From contig VMHB01000001.1 in the NCBI GenBank assembly GCA_007378985.1, positions 192,252 through 256,251 on the forward strand: 64,000 nucleotides of DNA, in the 5' to 3' direction. Numbering within the stretch: the first letter of the stretch is position 1; the number at the start of each line of letters is the position of its first letter. Positions 54,319 through 64,000 of the stretch are shown piece after piece. The position numbers and the translations under genes were made by a program. The stretch is from Parcubacteria group bacterium Greene0714_7. GTDB taxonomy: Bacteria; Patescibacteriota; Minisyncoccia; Phycocordibacterales; Phycocordibacteraceae. A model generated the notes under the pieces. The model saw only the letters and a program-made list of their open reading frames with translations, was not told the origin of the DNA and did no database searches.

Positions 54319-56298
54319 TCACCAAACTTTTGCACGTTTGTTTTTAGGACGATACAAAGCATCCTCTTTTTGGACTTTAAATGCAGAGTAGAACTCTTCA
54401 AAATTTGAAACGGGACCATTTACACGGCATGGCGCTGGAGAATGGGGGTCAGTGAGTGCTGCCATTTTCAAAAATTCTGGACGCGCAATTTCTCGCTCTG
54501 CCTGAGCAAACCCTAAGAAAAACCGTTGTTCAGGAGTGAGTCCATCAATATTTTTTCTGCCAGTTACTCTGAGACGTTTTTGATACGCATCGTATGCGAT
54601 GGAGAGTCCTCCAAGGTCGGCTATGTTTTCTCCCAAGGTTAATTTTCCATTTACCTGCACACCCGCTGCCGCTTCGTACTGGTCGAATTGTTTAGCAATA
54701 AGCGATGCTCTTTTAGCAAATTGCTTTTCATCCTTTTTTGTCCACCAACTTTTCATGTTGCCGTTTCCATCAAACTTTGAACCCTGATCATCAAAACCAT
54801 GTGTCATTTCATGCCCTATGACCGCGCCAATGCCCGCATAGTTTATTGCGTCATCTGCATTTTCATCAAAAAATGGTGCCTGAAGAATGGCAGCAGGGAA
54901 AACAATTTCATTTAAATTAAAACTGCAGTATGCGTTTACTGTCTGCGGAGTCATAAACCATTCTTTACGGTCAACGGGGCGACTCAGCTTCCGTACTTCA
55001 CGATTATGAGCTTGTTCATGAGCGCGAATAATGTTTCCAAAGTAGTCGGTCGGGTCTACTTTGAGTCCTCTATACGTTCTGAAACGTTTTGGGTACCCAA
55101 TTTTGCGGTTCATTTTTCGAAGTTTCAGAATTGCTTTCTTTTTTGTTTGTGCACTCATCCAATCAAGGGCACGAATTCTGTCTTCATATACAATAAAAAG
55201 ATCGCTAACGAGTGCATACATTCTTTTCTTTGCCGATTGTGGAAAATAGCGCTCAACATAGAGTTTCCCGAGCGCTTCTCCAATTGTTCCATTCACAGTG
55301 CCGAGCGCACGGCGCCAGAGTGGTTTCATTTTCTTTGCTCCACTGAGTACTGTGCCGTAGAAAGCAAAGTTCTCTTTCACAAATTTTTCTGAAAGTAGTG
55401 ACGCCGTATCGTTTATGAGGTGCCACGAGAAGTATGTTTTCCAGTCATCTATAGAGATAGTTTCAAGCATTCGAGAAATTTCTTTAAAGAAGTTTGGTGT
55501 GGCCACAATAACTGTCGAAACATTTTTAATGCCTGAATTTTTAAAGTAATGCTTCCAATTAATGCTCGGAGAGAGATAACCGAGAGAGGAAAGGTTCATT
55601 TTGTTGTAGGTCTTTTCAACATCACGGGTATCTTCTTTATTCATTGATGCGCGCGCGAGACGAGTTTCTATTTCTAGTACCACACGAGAAATATGAGCTC
55701 GTTCTTCAGCTGTTTTTCCATGAAGCTTTAGAAGGGCATCAATGTGTGCAAGATATGCACCCCGAACACGCTTCTGCTCCGCTTCATTTTTAAGGTAATA
55801 ATCACGCTCAGGCATACCCAAGCCTCCTTGATACAAATGCAGTATGTATGAGTCACTCTTTTTTGAATCCTGATCTACCGAGCTATTCCATAGAGCTGAA
55901 ATACCGACGCGGTGTGCTTTGGTAATGTAATTGAGTAAATCTTTAGTATTGGAGATATCTTCAACTACTCTCTGCCATTTGATTATTGGTGTGGTGTCGA
56001 GCTTGTTTCGGAGTGGCATATCAACGGCTGACCTATATAGGTCCCTGACAAGCTTTTCTGGACCCTCCTTAATTCTTGATGCTTTCAGAAGTTCATTTAG
56101 GAGCGTGTGCTGTTGATAGTCTGTTTTATGTCGAAGCATAATAAAACTTCCCCAACGAGATTCATCGGAGGGGAGTTTTGTCTTTTTTATCCATCCACCG
56201 TTCGCAAACAAAAAGAAATCATCCTGAGGACGCACTGAAGAATCAATTGTCTTAGGGTTAAAACCCCAGCCAGTCTTTTTTCCCTTTACGGTGTTCAT
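54319..56298 (-). CDS. M13 family zinc metallopeptidase (PepO/neprilysin-like)
   Basis: HExxH (VIGHEMTHGFD), downstream ExxxD and NAYY motifs. 659 aa. Confidence 0.9.
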   Translation of the reverse strand: MNTVKGKKTGWGFNPKTIDSSVRPQDDFFLFANGGWIKKTKLPSDESRWGSFIMLRHKTDYQQHTLLNELLKASRIKEGPEKLVRDLYRSAVDMPLRNKLDTTPIIKWQRVVEDISNTKDLLNYITKAHRVGISALWNSSVDQDSKKSDSYILHLYQGGLGMPERDYYLKNEAEQKRVRGAYLAHIDALLKLHGKTAEERAHISRVVLEIETRLARASMNKEDTRDVEKTYNKMNLSSLGYLSPSINWKHYFKNSGIKNVSTVIVATPNFFKEISRMLETISIDDWKTYFSWHLINDTASLLSEKFVKENFAFYGTVLSGAKKMKPLWRRALGTVNGTIGEALGKLYVERYFPQSAKKRMYALVSDLFIVYEDRIRALDWMSAQTKKKAILKLRKMNRKIGYPKRFRTYRGLKVDPTDYFGNIIRAHEQAHNREVRKLSRPVDRKEWFMTPQTVNAYCSFNLNEIVFPAAILQAPFFDENADDAINYAGIGAVIGHEMTHGFDDQGSKFDGNGNMKSWWTKKDEKQFAKRASLIAKQFDQYEAAAGVQVNGKLTLGENIADLGGLSIAYDAYQKRLRVTGRKNIDGLTPEQRFFLGFAQAEREIARPEFLKMAALTDPHSPAPCRVNGPVSNFEEFYSAFKVQKEDALYRPKNKRAKVW

Positions 56299-56345
56299 TC
56301 AGAGGATGATACCGTACCCTTAAGAAAATTGGTAAGATACCACCT

Positions 56346-58253
56346 ATGACCGTAAACGAACTGCGATCCAAATATCTTGAATTTTTTAGGCAAAGAGGGC
56401 ACCGGGTAATTCCTTCGGTTTCACTAGTGCCTGAGAATGACCCAACCACCCTGTTCGTTTCTTCGGGTATGCAACCTTTGTTGCCGTACTTTTTGGGAAT
56501 TCCACATCCGATGGGTAGCCGTGTTACTAACTCGCAGAAATCTCTCCGCACACAAGACATTGAAGAGGTAGGCGACAACCGCCATACGACGTTTTTTGAG
56601 ATGCTCGGTAATTGGTCTTTTGGAGATTACTTCAAGGCAGAACAATTGCCATGGTTTTTTGAATTTTTAACTGATGTGGTGGGGCTCGACCCGGCACGTT
56701 TGTATGTAACTACATTCATCGGAGACGAAAGTTTAGGAATCCCACGGGATACCGGGTCGGCAGAGATTTGGAAGAAACTTTTTAGCTCGAAGGGGGTAGA
56801 GGCAAAAGATGTTGCTTTAGGCTCCGAAGAAAACGGTGGAACCAAAGGTATGCAGGGTGGGCGTATTTTTTACTACGACGCAAAGAAAAACTGGTGGAGC
56901 CGCGCCGGAGCCCCGTCTCTCATGCCAGCGGGCGAGCCTGGTGGTCCTGACTCTGAAGTCTTTTATGACTTTGATCCAACAGGGGTAATGCACGACGTGA
57001 AATTTGGGAAAGAGTGTCACCCTAATTGTGATTGCGGAAGATTCATGGAAATAGGCAATTCTGTTTTCATGGAGTACATCAAGAAAGAGGATGGCAGTTT
57101 CGAACCTCTTCCCAATAAAAATGTGGATTTTGGTGGGGGGTTAGAACGCATTGCAGCAGCTCGTGAAGGGGGTGGTGACGTGTTTCTTTTGGATGCGTTT
57201 ACTCCGCTTATTTCCGTCCTTGAAAAAGCAGGCACAAAAAAATACAAAGAGGCAACAAAATCATTTCGTGTCGTGTTAGATCACATTCGTGCTGCGACAT
57301 TCATGCTTGGCGATGGAGTCACCCCTTCAAATACTGAGCGAGGGTACATTGCACGCCGGCTCATTCGTCGTGCGGTGCGTCATGTTGATGTACTCGGCGC
57401 ACCACAGGGAACCCTCGCTCTACTCGCTACTGCCGTTATTGAGTATTTCAAAGAGCATTATCCCGAACTCAAATCAGCTGAAACGATAATCCAAGAAAAT
57501 ATTAATATCGAGGAAGATAAATTCCGGAAAACTTTAACGCAAGGCATGCGAGAATTTGAGAAACTCTCGAAAGAGGGACCACTTCGTGGAGAAGATGCAT
57601 TTACACTCTTTACAACCTTCGGATTTCCTTTTGAAGTTACAGAAGAACTAGCAAAAGAGAGAGGTCTAGCTTTTGATAGTGCTGGTTTCAAGCAAAAAAT
57701 GGAGGAACATCAAAAACTTTCTCGTGCTGGTGCGGCACAAAAATTTGCAGGAGGTTTGGCGGATCATTCAGAGCAAACAGTTCGTTATCACACCACGCAT
57801 CACATCCTTCTAAAAGCTTTGCAAGTAGTCCTGGGTCCTGAAGTGCATCAGCGAGGATCAAATATCACCTCCGAGAGACTCCGTATCGACTTTTCGTACC
57901 CAACCAAAATGACACCAGAGCAAAAAGCGGAAGTGGAAAAAATTGTGAACGAAAAAATAGCAGAAAAGCTTCCTGTTATGCGTACCGTTATGCCAAAGGG
58001 AGAAGCTGAGAAATTTGGAGCGGAGCACGAGTTTGGCGTGAAATATCCTGAAATGGTATCTGTTTACTCTGTAGGACCAAAGGGAGCGGTTGAAGGTAAT
58101 CCGCAAATTGAGAGCGCATTCTCAATAGAGTTTTGCGGAGGTCCTCATGTAAACAACACACAAGAAATTGGCGACAACGGCAGAATCTTTAAAATTCAAA
58201 AAGAAGAAGCGGTAGCATCAGGAGTTCGAAGAATAAAAGCGGTGTTAGTGTAA
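56346..58253 (+). CDS. alaS: Alanyl-tRNA synthetase, short form (catalytic + tRNA-recognition + editing domains, no C-terminal C-Ala/DHHA1 region)
   Basis: Class II AlaRS N-terminus (FFRQRGHRVIPSVSLVP…FVSSGM), the editing-site HxxxH (HTTHHILL) and the CGGPHV zinc motif. 635 aa vs the usual ~870. Confidence 0.85.
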   Translation: MTVNELRSKYLEFFRQRGHRVIPSVSLVPENDPTTLFVSSGMQPLLPYFLGIPHPMGSRVTNSQKSLRTQDIEEVGDNRHTTFFEMLGNWSFGDYFKAEQLPWFFEFLTDVVGLDPARLYVTTFIGDESLGIPRDTGSAEIWKKLFSSKGVEAKDVALGSEENGGTKGMQGGRIFYYDAKKNWWSRAGAPSLMPAGEPGGPDSEVFYDFDPTGVMHDVKFGKECHPNCDCGRFMEIGNSVFMEYIKKEDGSFEPLPNKNVDFGGGLERIAAAREGGGDVFLLDAFTPLISVLEKAGTKKYKEATKSFRVVLDHIRAATFMLGDGVTPSNTERGYIARRLIRRAVRHVDVLGAPQGTLALLATAVIEYFKEHYPELKSAETIIQENINIEEDKFRKTLTQGMREFEKLSKEGPLRGEDAFTLFTTFGFPFEVTEELAKERGLAFDSAGFKQKMEEHQKLSRAGAAQKFAGGLADHSEQTVRYHTTHHILLKALQVVLGPEVHQRGSNITSERLRIDFSYPTKMTPEQKAEVEKIVNEKIAEKLPVMRTVMPKGEAEKFGAEHEFGVKYPEMVSVYSVGPKGAVEGNPQIESAFSIEFCGGPHVNNTQEIGDNGRIFKIQKEEAVASGVRRIKAVLV

Positions 58254-58258
58254 GGGGA

Positions 58259-58287
58259 TTGACTTACTGTATCAACTAATGTATAAT
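58259..58287 (+). promoter_or_regulatory. Sigma70-like promoter (TTGACT-N17-TATAAT); downstream ORF appears leaderless
   Basis: Consensus hexamers. The ATG at 58294 is 7 nt after the -10. Confidence 0.45.
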
Positions 58288-58293
58288 ATATCT

Positions 58294-58464
58294 ATGAGTG
58301 AAAGACCAGCGAGCGCATCAAGACAAGAAACTCAAAGAGCTCTGAGAGAAGACTCGCTATTTGAGGAGTTTTTGCAAGATATAGGAGTTACTGATTGGAA
58401 TAGAATTCTTAAAATCGATGCCGAGAAATTAGTTGACCGACTTTTTGGTGTTGATAAAAAATAG
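58294..58464 (+). CDS. Hypothetical small protein (56 aa)
   Basis: MSERPASASRQETQRALREDSLFEEFLQDIGVTDWNRILKIDAEKLVDRLFGVDKK. The six-frame ORF starts 5 codons earlier at 58279, but promoter geometry favours 58294. Confidence 0.35.
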   Translation: MSERPASASRQETQRALREDSLFEEFLQDIGVTDWNRILKIDAEKLVDRLFGVDKK

Positions 58465-58514
58465 AAGTTTTTTTAAGCTAAGGCTTCATTTCATAGGTTA
58501 CAATAATCTGTGAA

Positions 58515-59630
58515 ATGAAAAAGAGTAGAACTGAGTTAATTTTAGATATCGGCAGTGCTTCTGTTGGAGCATGTGTGGCAACTTTTACAAAAGGCGAAAA
58601 AATAGTAATGCACCACTCTGAGAGGGTTGCCATTCAAAATGATTCAGGAGATGCAGTTGGTGGTATTCAAACACTAACTCTTCAGGCATTAAAGAAAGCT
58701 CTTGACACGGTGGCACGTACTACGCACCTAGATCTAGTGCATGTTGTTTTTGCTGCTCCTTGGTATGCGTCAGAGATAAAGGTTGTACTCTCAGAATCTA
58801 AAAAACCTTTAAAAATTACACAGGCAACAGTGTCGCATGCTTTGAAAACAGAGCGTTTAGAAAATTCAAGAAATCGTCGCACAGGGCGTCATCCACTTGA
58901 GTCGGTGGTTAGTCAAATATATGTTAATGGATACCTCACCACTTTGGATTCTGCAGTTCAAGGGACTGAACTAAAAGTGCATTTGTACGAAAGTGAAGCC
59001 GATTCTGCTTTTGTACAAGGAGTCACCGAGCTTATTAAGAGTGCTTTCCCGCACATTCACATTAGTTTTCAAACGTTCCCTTTTATAGCATTTTCCATGC
59101 TCCAAGCCACCCGCGAAGAAGAAAATTTTATGGTTCTCGATATCGGAGGTGAAATAACTGATTGTCTCATTGGTGATAGGGGGGCTCTTTCTTTTATGAG
59201 TTCATTCCCAAAAGGTACACGCTCATTTGTTCGTGAGATTGCAGGTGCAGGAAGTATTACCGACGCACTGTCCAGGCTTACATTATTCGCACGAGGAGAG
59301 CTGAGTCCGGAGCAGACAGAAGCTTTTTCAAAGGTTTTTAGAGATGCGAGTGCTTCATGGATTAAAGGCTACGAGCGTGTTATTGAATTAGCTCGTGAGA
59401 GTACCCCAGTTCCTCGGACGATATTCTTAATGGCCGATAAAGAGGCGTTGCCGTGGTTTGAGAAGATTTTTTCACTGGGGATTCCGAATTCTGTAGTAAA
59501 TACAATCTTAGTCACACCTAATTTTTTTGAAAAATATATCACACTTGGAAAAGATACAATTCACGACCCATTTCTTTCTGTCGAGGCTCTTTTTGCAAGT
59601 GTGAATGATGGCGAGATATCCAAAATCTAG
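58515..59630 (+). CDS. Actin-like ATPase domain protein (PilM/FtsA-like)
   Basis: LILDIGSASVG (phosphate-1-like) and MVLDIGGEITD (phosphate-2-like) motifs of the ASKHA fold. Confidence 0.5.
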   Translation: MKKSRTELILDIGSASVGACVATFTKGEKIVMHHSERVAIQNDSGDAVGGIQTLTLQALKKALDTVARTTHLDLVHVVFAAPWYASEIKVVLSESKKPLKITQATVSHALKTERLENSRNRRTGRHPLESVVSQIYVNGYLTTLDSAVQGTELKVHLYESEADSAFVQGVTELIKSAFPHIHISFQTFPFIAFSMLQATREEENFMVLDIGGEITDCLIGDRGALSFMSSFPKGTRSFVREIAGAGSITDALSRLTLFARGELSPEQTEAFSKVFRDASASWIKGYERVIELARESTPVPRTIFLMADKEALPWFEKIFSLGIPNSVVNTILVTPNFFEKYITLGKDTIHDPFLSVEALFASVNDGEISKI

Positions 59631-59706
59631 TTCCTGCTCATTTTGTACACAGGTATAGCAATAAGGGGAGATTGGGTTTGCGTGAAAGAGGGGTATACTT
59701 TACGGA

Positions 59707-60984
59707 ATGGATCAGCATCGCAGCATTCAAGATATTATTCCACCTGCCCGTTCAAAGCCTATAAGAAGTTCTATGCCTGGAACTTCAGAAACTACACCAC
59801 CACCACGATCAACACCACCAAAAAGCATGCCTGTTAATCCTAAACGACCAAGTGGCTTCTTCGGATTCGCTGTCGTGGCGGGAATTGTTGCGGTACTGCT
59901 CGTTGTCGGTGTTGTAGTCATTAGTACGGTTTTCTACCGAGCATATATTACTGTGACCCCAGTCTCTTTCAGCGTCCCTGTACAAGCTTCTTTCGAGGCA
60001 TCTCTTACGAGTACAGAACTTCCATATCAAAAAATTGCCGTTTCTGATACCGCGTCTAAGAGTGTGCCTGCTACAGGAACACAGCATGTTGAAAATCATT
60101 CTTCGGGAACGATTACTATCTACAATGCGTATACTGCGACACCCCAGCGTCTCATTACAAATACTCGTTTTGCAACAAAAGATGGGCTAGTTTTCCGAGT
60201 GCATGCGCCAGTTGTAATCCCTGGTTACACAATGAAGGCCGGTATTAAGGTACCAGGCTCTGTAGATGTCCTTGTATATGCTGATGAAGCAGGAGAGAAA
60301 TACAATATCAGTCCTACCGACTTCACTATCCCCGGCCTTAAGGCATCTAAGCAATACACTCTTATATATGCGAAATCAAAAGGATCTACAACGGGAGGAT
60401 TTATAGGCGAACAGGCCGTTGTAGACTCAACTGTTCGTTCGGAAACTGTTGCAGGTTTAAAGGCAGAAGTTGAACGCTCTCTTCGTGCAAAGATGCTCGT
60501 GGCACTGCCCGCAGGGACATTGGTTTTTAATGACTCTGTTTCCATCATCTATGTAGAAGCTCCTGACGCTGTTGATGGTAGTAATGCAGTAATCTCTATT
60601 TCTGGCACGGCTTCGGCACCGGCGGTCAATGAAAATGCACTGGCTCGTTCAATCGCCACTACAGGGCAAGTTTCGTACGATGGGTTATTGGGCATTGCAA
60701 ATCCTAATGATTTCCGTGTTGTAGTGGATGTTCCTGAGTCGTTAGGCACAGATACGCCTATACACCTGAATGTTTCTGGGACGGCAAAATTGGTTGCACT
60801 TTTCGATATTAACGCTCTAACTAAAGATCTTACGGGTATACAAAAAAAGGACATAAAGGTTGTTTTGCCTAACTATCCATCGATTTCAAACATCGATGTC
60901 AAGGTATATCCTTTCTGGAGAGGGGGCATGCCTAATGACCCAAAGAAGCTCAAAATAACAGTGTCCGAGACATCCACAAACTAA
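59707..60984 (+). CDS. Hypothetical membrane-anchored protein with Pro-rich cytoplasmic N-terminus and large extracytoplasmic domain
   Basis: Single TM (FGFAVVAGIVAVLLVVGVVVI) after a Pro/Ser/Thr-rich segment. Follows the PilM/FtsA-like gene. Confidence 0.4.
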   Translation: MDQHRSIQDIIPPARSKPIRSSMPGTSETTPPPRSTPPKSMPVNPKRPSGFFGFAVVAGIVAVLLVVGVVVISTVFYRAYITVTPVSFSVPVQASFEASLTSTELPYQKIAVSDTASKSVPATGTQHVENHSSGTITIYNAYTATPQRLITNTRFATKDGLVFRVHAPVVIPGYTMKAGIKVPGSVDVLVYADEAGEKYNISPTDFTIPGLKASKQYTLIYAKSKGSTTGGFIGEQAVVDSTVRSETVAGLKAEVERSLRAKMLVALPAGTLVFNDSVSIIYVEAPDAVDGSNAVISISGTASAPAVNENALARSIATTGQVSYDGLLGIANPNDFRVVVDVPESLGTDTPIHLNVSGTAKLVALFDINALTKDLTGIQKKDIKVVLPNYPSISNIDVKVYPFWRGGMPNDPKKLKITVSETSTN

Positions 60985-61195
60985 CCTGTGAGTTCTTCTT
61001 GACCCCGTTGTAGATGTTGGTGATATTCAATTAATGATTTAAAAAACGTTGAAAAACATGATTAAAATGAACTCGCTCACTTTGCAAAAACTATCTCAAG
61101 TGGATAACTTTTCACCAACATTCACAACGGGGTTGACGTCTGATACTTATTTCTGGTACTATAGCTAAGTCCAATTCAGATACTGATTCGCTCAA

Positions 61196-61414
61196 ATGGT
61201 ACGCACGAAAGACACTGAGGAAAAGCTTGGTACAGTTACCGAGTCACTCCCAAATGCTCTATTTCGAGTAATCCTTGAAGGCGGAGAGGAAGAGATGCTT
61301 GCATATCTTGCAGGTAAAATGAGACTCCATCGCATTCGCGTGTTGGTGGGGGATCGCGTTTCTCTTGTTCTGGATCCGTACGGCGGACGTGCACGAATAG
61401 TGCGACGTCTATAA
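61196..61414 (+). CDS. infA: Translation initiation factor IF-1
   Basis: 72-aa S1-like OB fold: [31 protein letters not shown]…IRVLVGDRV. Confidence 0.9.
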   Translation: MVRTKDTEEKLGTVTESLPNALFRVILEGGEEEMLAYLAGKMRLHRIRVLVGDRVSLVLDPYGGRARIVRRL

Positions 61415-61428
61415 TTTTTTACACACAC

Positions 61429-61545
61429 ATGAAGGTTCTAGCATCCGTAAAGAAGCAGCAAGCAGGCGATATTCTCGTCCGCAGGCGTGGTCGCTTGTAC
61501 CGGATCAACAAGAAGAACCCTCGTCGTAAAGCTCGCCAAGGATAA
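61429..61545 (+). CDS. rpmJ: 50S ribosomal protein L36, cysteine-less (zinc-independent) form
   Basis: 38 aa, [38 protein letters not shown], at the canonical position between infA and rpsM. Not in the ORF track because it is under 60 aa. Confidence 0.8.
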   Translation: MKVLASVKKQQAGDILVRRRGRLYRINKKNPRRKARQG

Positions 61546-61591
61546 GCGTTTCAAAATAAATTCAATCTACTAAAAATATTCTCTATTAATT

Positions 61592-61972
61592 ATGCGTGTC
61601 GCTGGTATTACCATCCCTGATAACAAACATCTTTCTATCGCTCTTACTGCGGTGTATGGAGTTGGTCGGGTACGTGCAAGCACAATACTTGCAAGGGTTG
61701 GTGTTTCTGGCACAACGGTCGCAAAAGATCTTTCTCCTGAAAAAGAGTTAGAAATAAGAACACTCATTGAATCGTTTACTATTGAAGGAGATCTCAGAAG
61801 AGAAATTGGCGGTAACGTAAAACGCCTAAAAGATATCAAGGCATTTCGCGGTATTCGTCATCTTAAAAGCCTTCCTGCTCGAGGACAGCGCACCAAGACA
61901 AACTCACGAACTGTTCGTGGCAATGTCAGAAAGACCATGGGTTCAGGCCGTCGTAAACTAGAAAAAACATAA
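61592..61972 (+). CDS. rpsM: 30S ribosomal protein S13
   Basis: MRVAGITIPDNKHLSIALTAVYGVGR… and a basic C-terminus. Confidence 0.95.
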   Translation: MRVAGITIPDNKHLSIALTAVYGVGRVRASTILARVGVSGTTVAKDLSPEKELEIRTLIESFTIEGDLRREIGGNVKRLKDIKAFRGIRHLKSLPARGQRTKTNSRTVRGNVRKTMGSGRRKLEKT

Positions 61973-61978
61973 AATATC

Positions 61979-62413
61979 ATGGGTAAAAGACGAATATTAA
62001 AGAAACAAGGTAGTGGTGTTGATTCCGGAAAGCGGGATCGCACTCTTTCAAAGATCTCGAAAAGACATATTGATCGAGCTATTTTGCATATTGAGTCAAC
62101 ATTCAATAACACTCGTGTCAGTCTTACTGATAAGGAGGGTGGCATGCTTATGTGGTCATCATCGGGATCTATGGGATTCACTGGGAATCGTAAATCAACT
62201 CCATTCGCTGCTGCAAAAGTCGGCGAAGTCATAGGAGAAAAATCTGTAACCATTGGTGTTAAGGAAGTAGAAGTGTTCATTAAGGGGGTTGGTTCTGGTC
62301 GCGAATCAGCACTCCGTGCTTTTGCTGGCAAAGGTATCCAGATCCTTGCTATCCACGACATAACGCCAGTTCCTCATAATGGTCCACGACCTTGTAAGCC
62401 TCGTCGCGTATAA
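61979..62413 (+). CDS. rpsK: 30S ribosomal protein S11
   Basis: Conserved S11 sequence (…HIESTFNNT…SSSGSMGF…GNRKSTPFAA…). Confidence 0.95.
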   Translation: MGKRRILKKQGSGVDSGKRDRTLSKISKRHIDRAILHIESTFNNTRVSLTDKEGGMLMWSSSGSMGFTGNRKSTPFAAAKVGEVIGEKSVTIGVKEVEVFIKGVGSGRESALRAFAGKGIQILAIHDITPVPHNGPRPCKPRRV

Positions 62414-62429
62414 TCAATAAATAATTTTT

Positions 62430-63038
62430 ATGATACTCGGACCTAGATACAAAATCTGTAAACGCCTTGGCTCTTCCATTTTTGAGAAGTGTCAGACACA
62501 AAGCTTCGCTCTTTCAAAGCAACGCTCTGATGCAAATAAGAAGAAGGGACGCCGAAATGTTTCTGACTATAATCGTCAGCTCATCGAGAAGCAGAAGCTT
62601 CGTCTTTTGTATGGTCTTACTGAAAAACAATTTTCTACGTATGTAGAAAAAGCGCTTGAAAGTAAAGCGAATCCACAGGCAACACTTTTCGGTTTCCTTG
62701 AAAGCAGGCTCGATTCGGTTGCGTATCGCATGGGTCTTGCTTCAACGCACCGCATGGCACGCCAAATGGTCTCTCATGGCCACCTCGTAGTGAATGGCAA
62801 GCGCGTTACCGTACCTTCATACCGTGTCTCTCCGGGAGACAGTATTACTATCCGCGTAGGAAGTAAGGATAGTGGTTTGTTCCAAACACTTGGCGAAAAA
62901 TTGAAAGAGGCTCGCACACCATCATGGATTTCTTTTGATCCAAGCGTTATGGAAGGGAAGTTGAAAACTACTCCGGTATTTTCTGATCAGGATACAGCCG
63001 TTGACATTGGTGCTGTGTTTGAATATTACACACGTTAA
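62430..63038 (+). CDS. rpsD: 30S ribosomal protein S4
   Basis: S4 N-terminus and S4 RNA-binding domain (…RLDSVAYRMGLASTHRMARQMVSHGH…VNGKRV…). Confidence 0.95.
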   Translation: MILGPRYKICKRLGSSIFEKCQTQSFALSKQRSDANKKKGRRNVSDYNRQLIEKQKLRLLYGLTEKQFSTYVEKALESKANPQATLFGFLESRLDSVAYRMGLASTHRMARQMVSHGHLVVNGKRVTVPSYRVSPGDSITIRVGSKDSGLFQTLGEKLKEARTPSWISFDPSVMEGKLKTTPVFSDQDTAVDIGAVFEYYTR

Positions 63039-63065
63039 TAATTAGCCAATAATCACTTAATCACT

Positions 63066-64000
63066 ATGGATTACTCCATTACATTGCCATCAAAGCCACG
63101 AATCGTTTCTGAGGAAGGAACTACCGGTATCTATGAAATCGATGGCTTGTACCCTGGCTACGGACATACACTCGGCAATTCACTTCGCCGAATTATTCTT
63201 TCTTCTATCCCAGGAGCTGCAATCACATCAGTGAAAATTGAGGGTGCATCGCATGAGTTTTCAACTATGGCAGGTGTCAAAGAGGACACTATTGGTGTTA
63301 TTTTGAACCTTAAAAAAGTTCGTATTCGCATCTTCGATAATCAACCACATACTCTCTCTATCAATGTAAAGGGTATAAAAACACTTACAGCAAAAGACAT
63401 CACTGTTCCTGGTCAGGTTGAAATATTAAATCCTGATCAACACATTGCTGAGCTCACTGATAAAAATGCACATTTTGAGTCTGAATTGATAGTAGACACA
63501 GGACTTGGTTACGTACCAAAAGAAATTACTCAGAAAGACCGAGTAGACATTGGCATGATTGCACTTGATGCAATATTTACACCAATTCGTCGTGTTAACT
63601 ACGAAGTTGAGAACATGCGTGTTGGTGATCGTACCGATTTCAATCGTTTGCGTATTGTTATTGAAACAGACGGCACTCTTTCACCAAGAGAAGCATTGGA
63701 GCGCTCTGTTGCAACAATGATTCAGCAGTTGAAAGCTGTCGTTGGTTTTAAAGAAGATGCTCCAGTACCTTCAGAGGCTGAGTCTGTTGCAATGGGTGAC
63801 GAAGCGAGAGAGGATGTCATGAAGACTCGTATTGAGTCACTTGAACTTTCAACAAGAACTGCAAACGCGCTTACTGGTGCTGGTATTCGTACACTTGGAG
63901 GACTCGCTCGAAAGACTCCTGAAGATATTCTTGCACTTGAAGGTATCGGAGAAAAAGCAGTTGAGGAAATAAAAGAAGCTCTCTCACATTTCGGTATTTC
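63066..64000 (+). CDS. rpoA: DNA-directed RNA polymerase alpha subunit (3'-truncated by window edge)
   Basis: The ORF from ATG 63066 translates to MDYSITLPSKPRIVSEEGTTGIYEIDGLYPGYGHTLGNSLRRIILSSIPGAAITSVKIEGASHEF…, the alpha N-terminal domain. It continues to the window end. Confidence 0.9.
   Translation, partial: MDYSITLPSKPRIVSEEGTTGIYEIDGLYPGYGHTLGNSLRRIILSSIPGAAITSVKIEGASHEFSTMAGVKEDTIGVILNLKKVRIRIFDNQPHTLSINVKGIKTLTAKDITVPGQVEILNPDQHIAELTDKNAHFESELIVDTGLGYVPKEITQKDRVDIGMIALDAIFTPIRRVNYEVENMRVGDRTDFNRLRIVIETDGTLSPREALERSVATMIQQLKAVVGFKEDAPVPSEAESVAMGDEAREDVMKTRIESLELSTRTANALTGAGIRTLGGLARKTPEDILALEGIGEKAVEEIKEALSHFGI

Overview
This 64 kb window looks like bacterial chromosome with densely packed housekeeping genes. 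Gene calls rest on protein motifs I recognise in the six-frame translations plus reading the DNA directly; I could not run any searches. The taxon is uncertain: moderately AT-rich, no obvious Shine-Dalgarno motifs before starts, CCA not encoded in tRNAs, and several proteins are compact.

Called features, in order:
- class I ribonucleotide reductase nrdA (3' part) and nrdB, cysS, an FKBP isomerase, tgt
- a TrpR-like YerC regulator flanked by perfect palindromes, then rarA
- the complete uvrB-uvrA-uvrC cluster, ddl, a pterin dehydratase, a minus-strand tRNA-Ala(UGC)
- pdxS/pdxT, two MltG/YceG paralogs, prs, a GNAT acetyltransferase
- two-subunit ATP-citrate lyase (aclB-aclA)
- a tRNA cluster (Val-CAC, Pro-CGG, Ala-CGC) with a repeated tRNA 3' end and an orphan tRNA 3' half
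- a NUDIX hydrolase and membrane proteins, one carrying 3 x 42-bp tandem repeats
- an F1Fo ATP synthase operon (atpB, E, F, H, A, G, D, C); atpE shows an apparent frameshift and two small ORFs sit between atpG and atpD
- an RND efflux pump with its adaptor and an AbrB-like regulator, a flavodoxin-like oxidoreductase, ychF, leuS
- a sigma-70 region-4/HARE-HTH-like protein, a second MltG, mnmA
- an ATP-cone-Mrr nuclease fusion next to a Cas4-like Fe-S nuclease, a second YerC paralog with its own palindromes, ogt, ung, an orphan HicA-like gene
- an M13 peptidase, a short alaS, a PilM/FtsA-like ATPase, and infA-rpmJ-rpsM-rpsK-rpsD-rpoA(5' part)

The most unusual structure is a recurring arrangement found immediately upstream of uvrB, atpG and leuS. 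In each case a 33-35-codon upstream ORF begins with a synonymously recoded copy of the first 5-16 codons of the downstream gene. It ends in an Asp GAC codon, runs through a conserved 38-39-nt element (CCCCAGT-N21/22-ACGGGGCAGG, hairpin-forming), and terminates at or within a few nt of the real start codon. I do not know of a described system that matches this.

Other notable structure: co-varying palindromic operator-like sites around the two YerC paralogs, a family of TGTATAGTATAA palindromes, and five small genes that appear leaderless behind consensus promoters.
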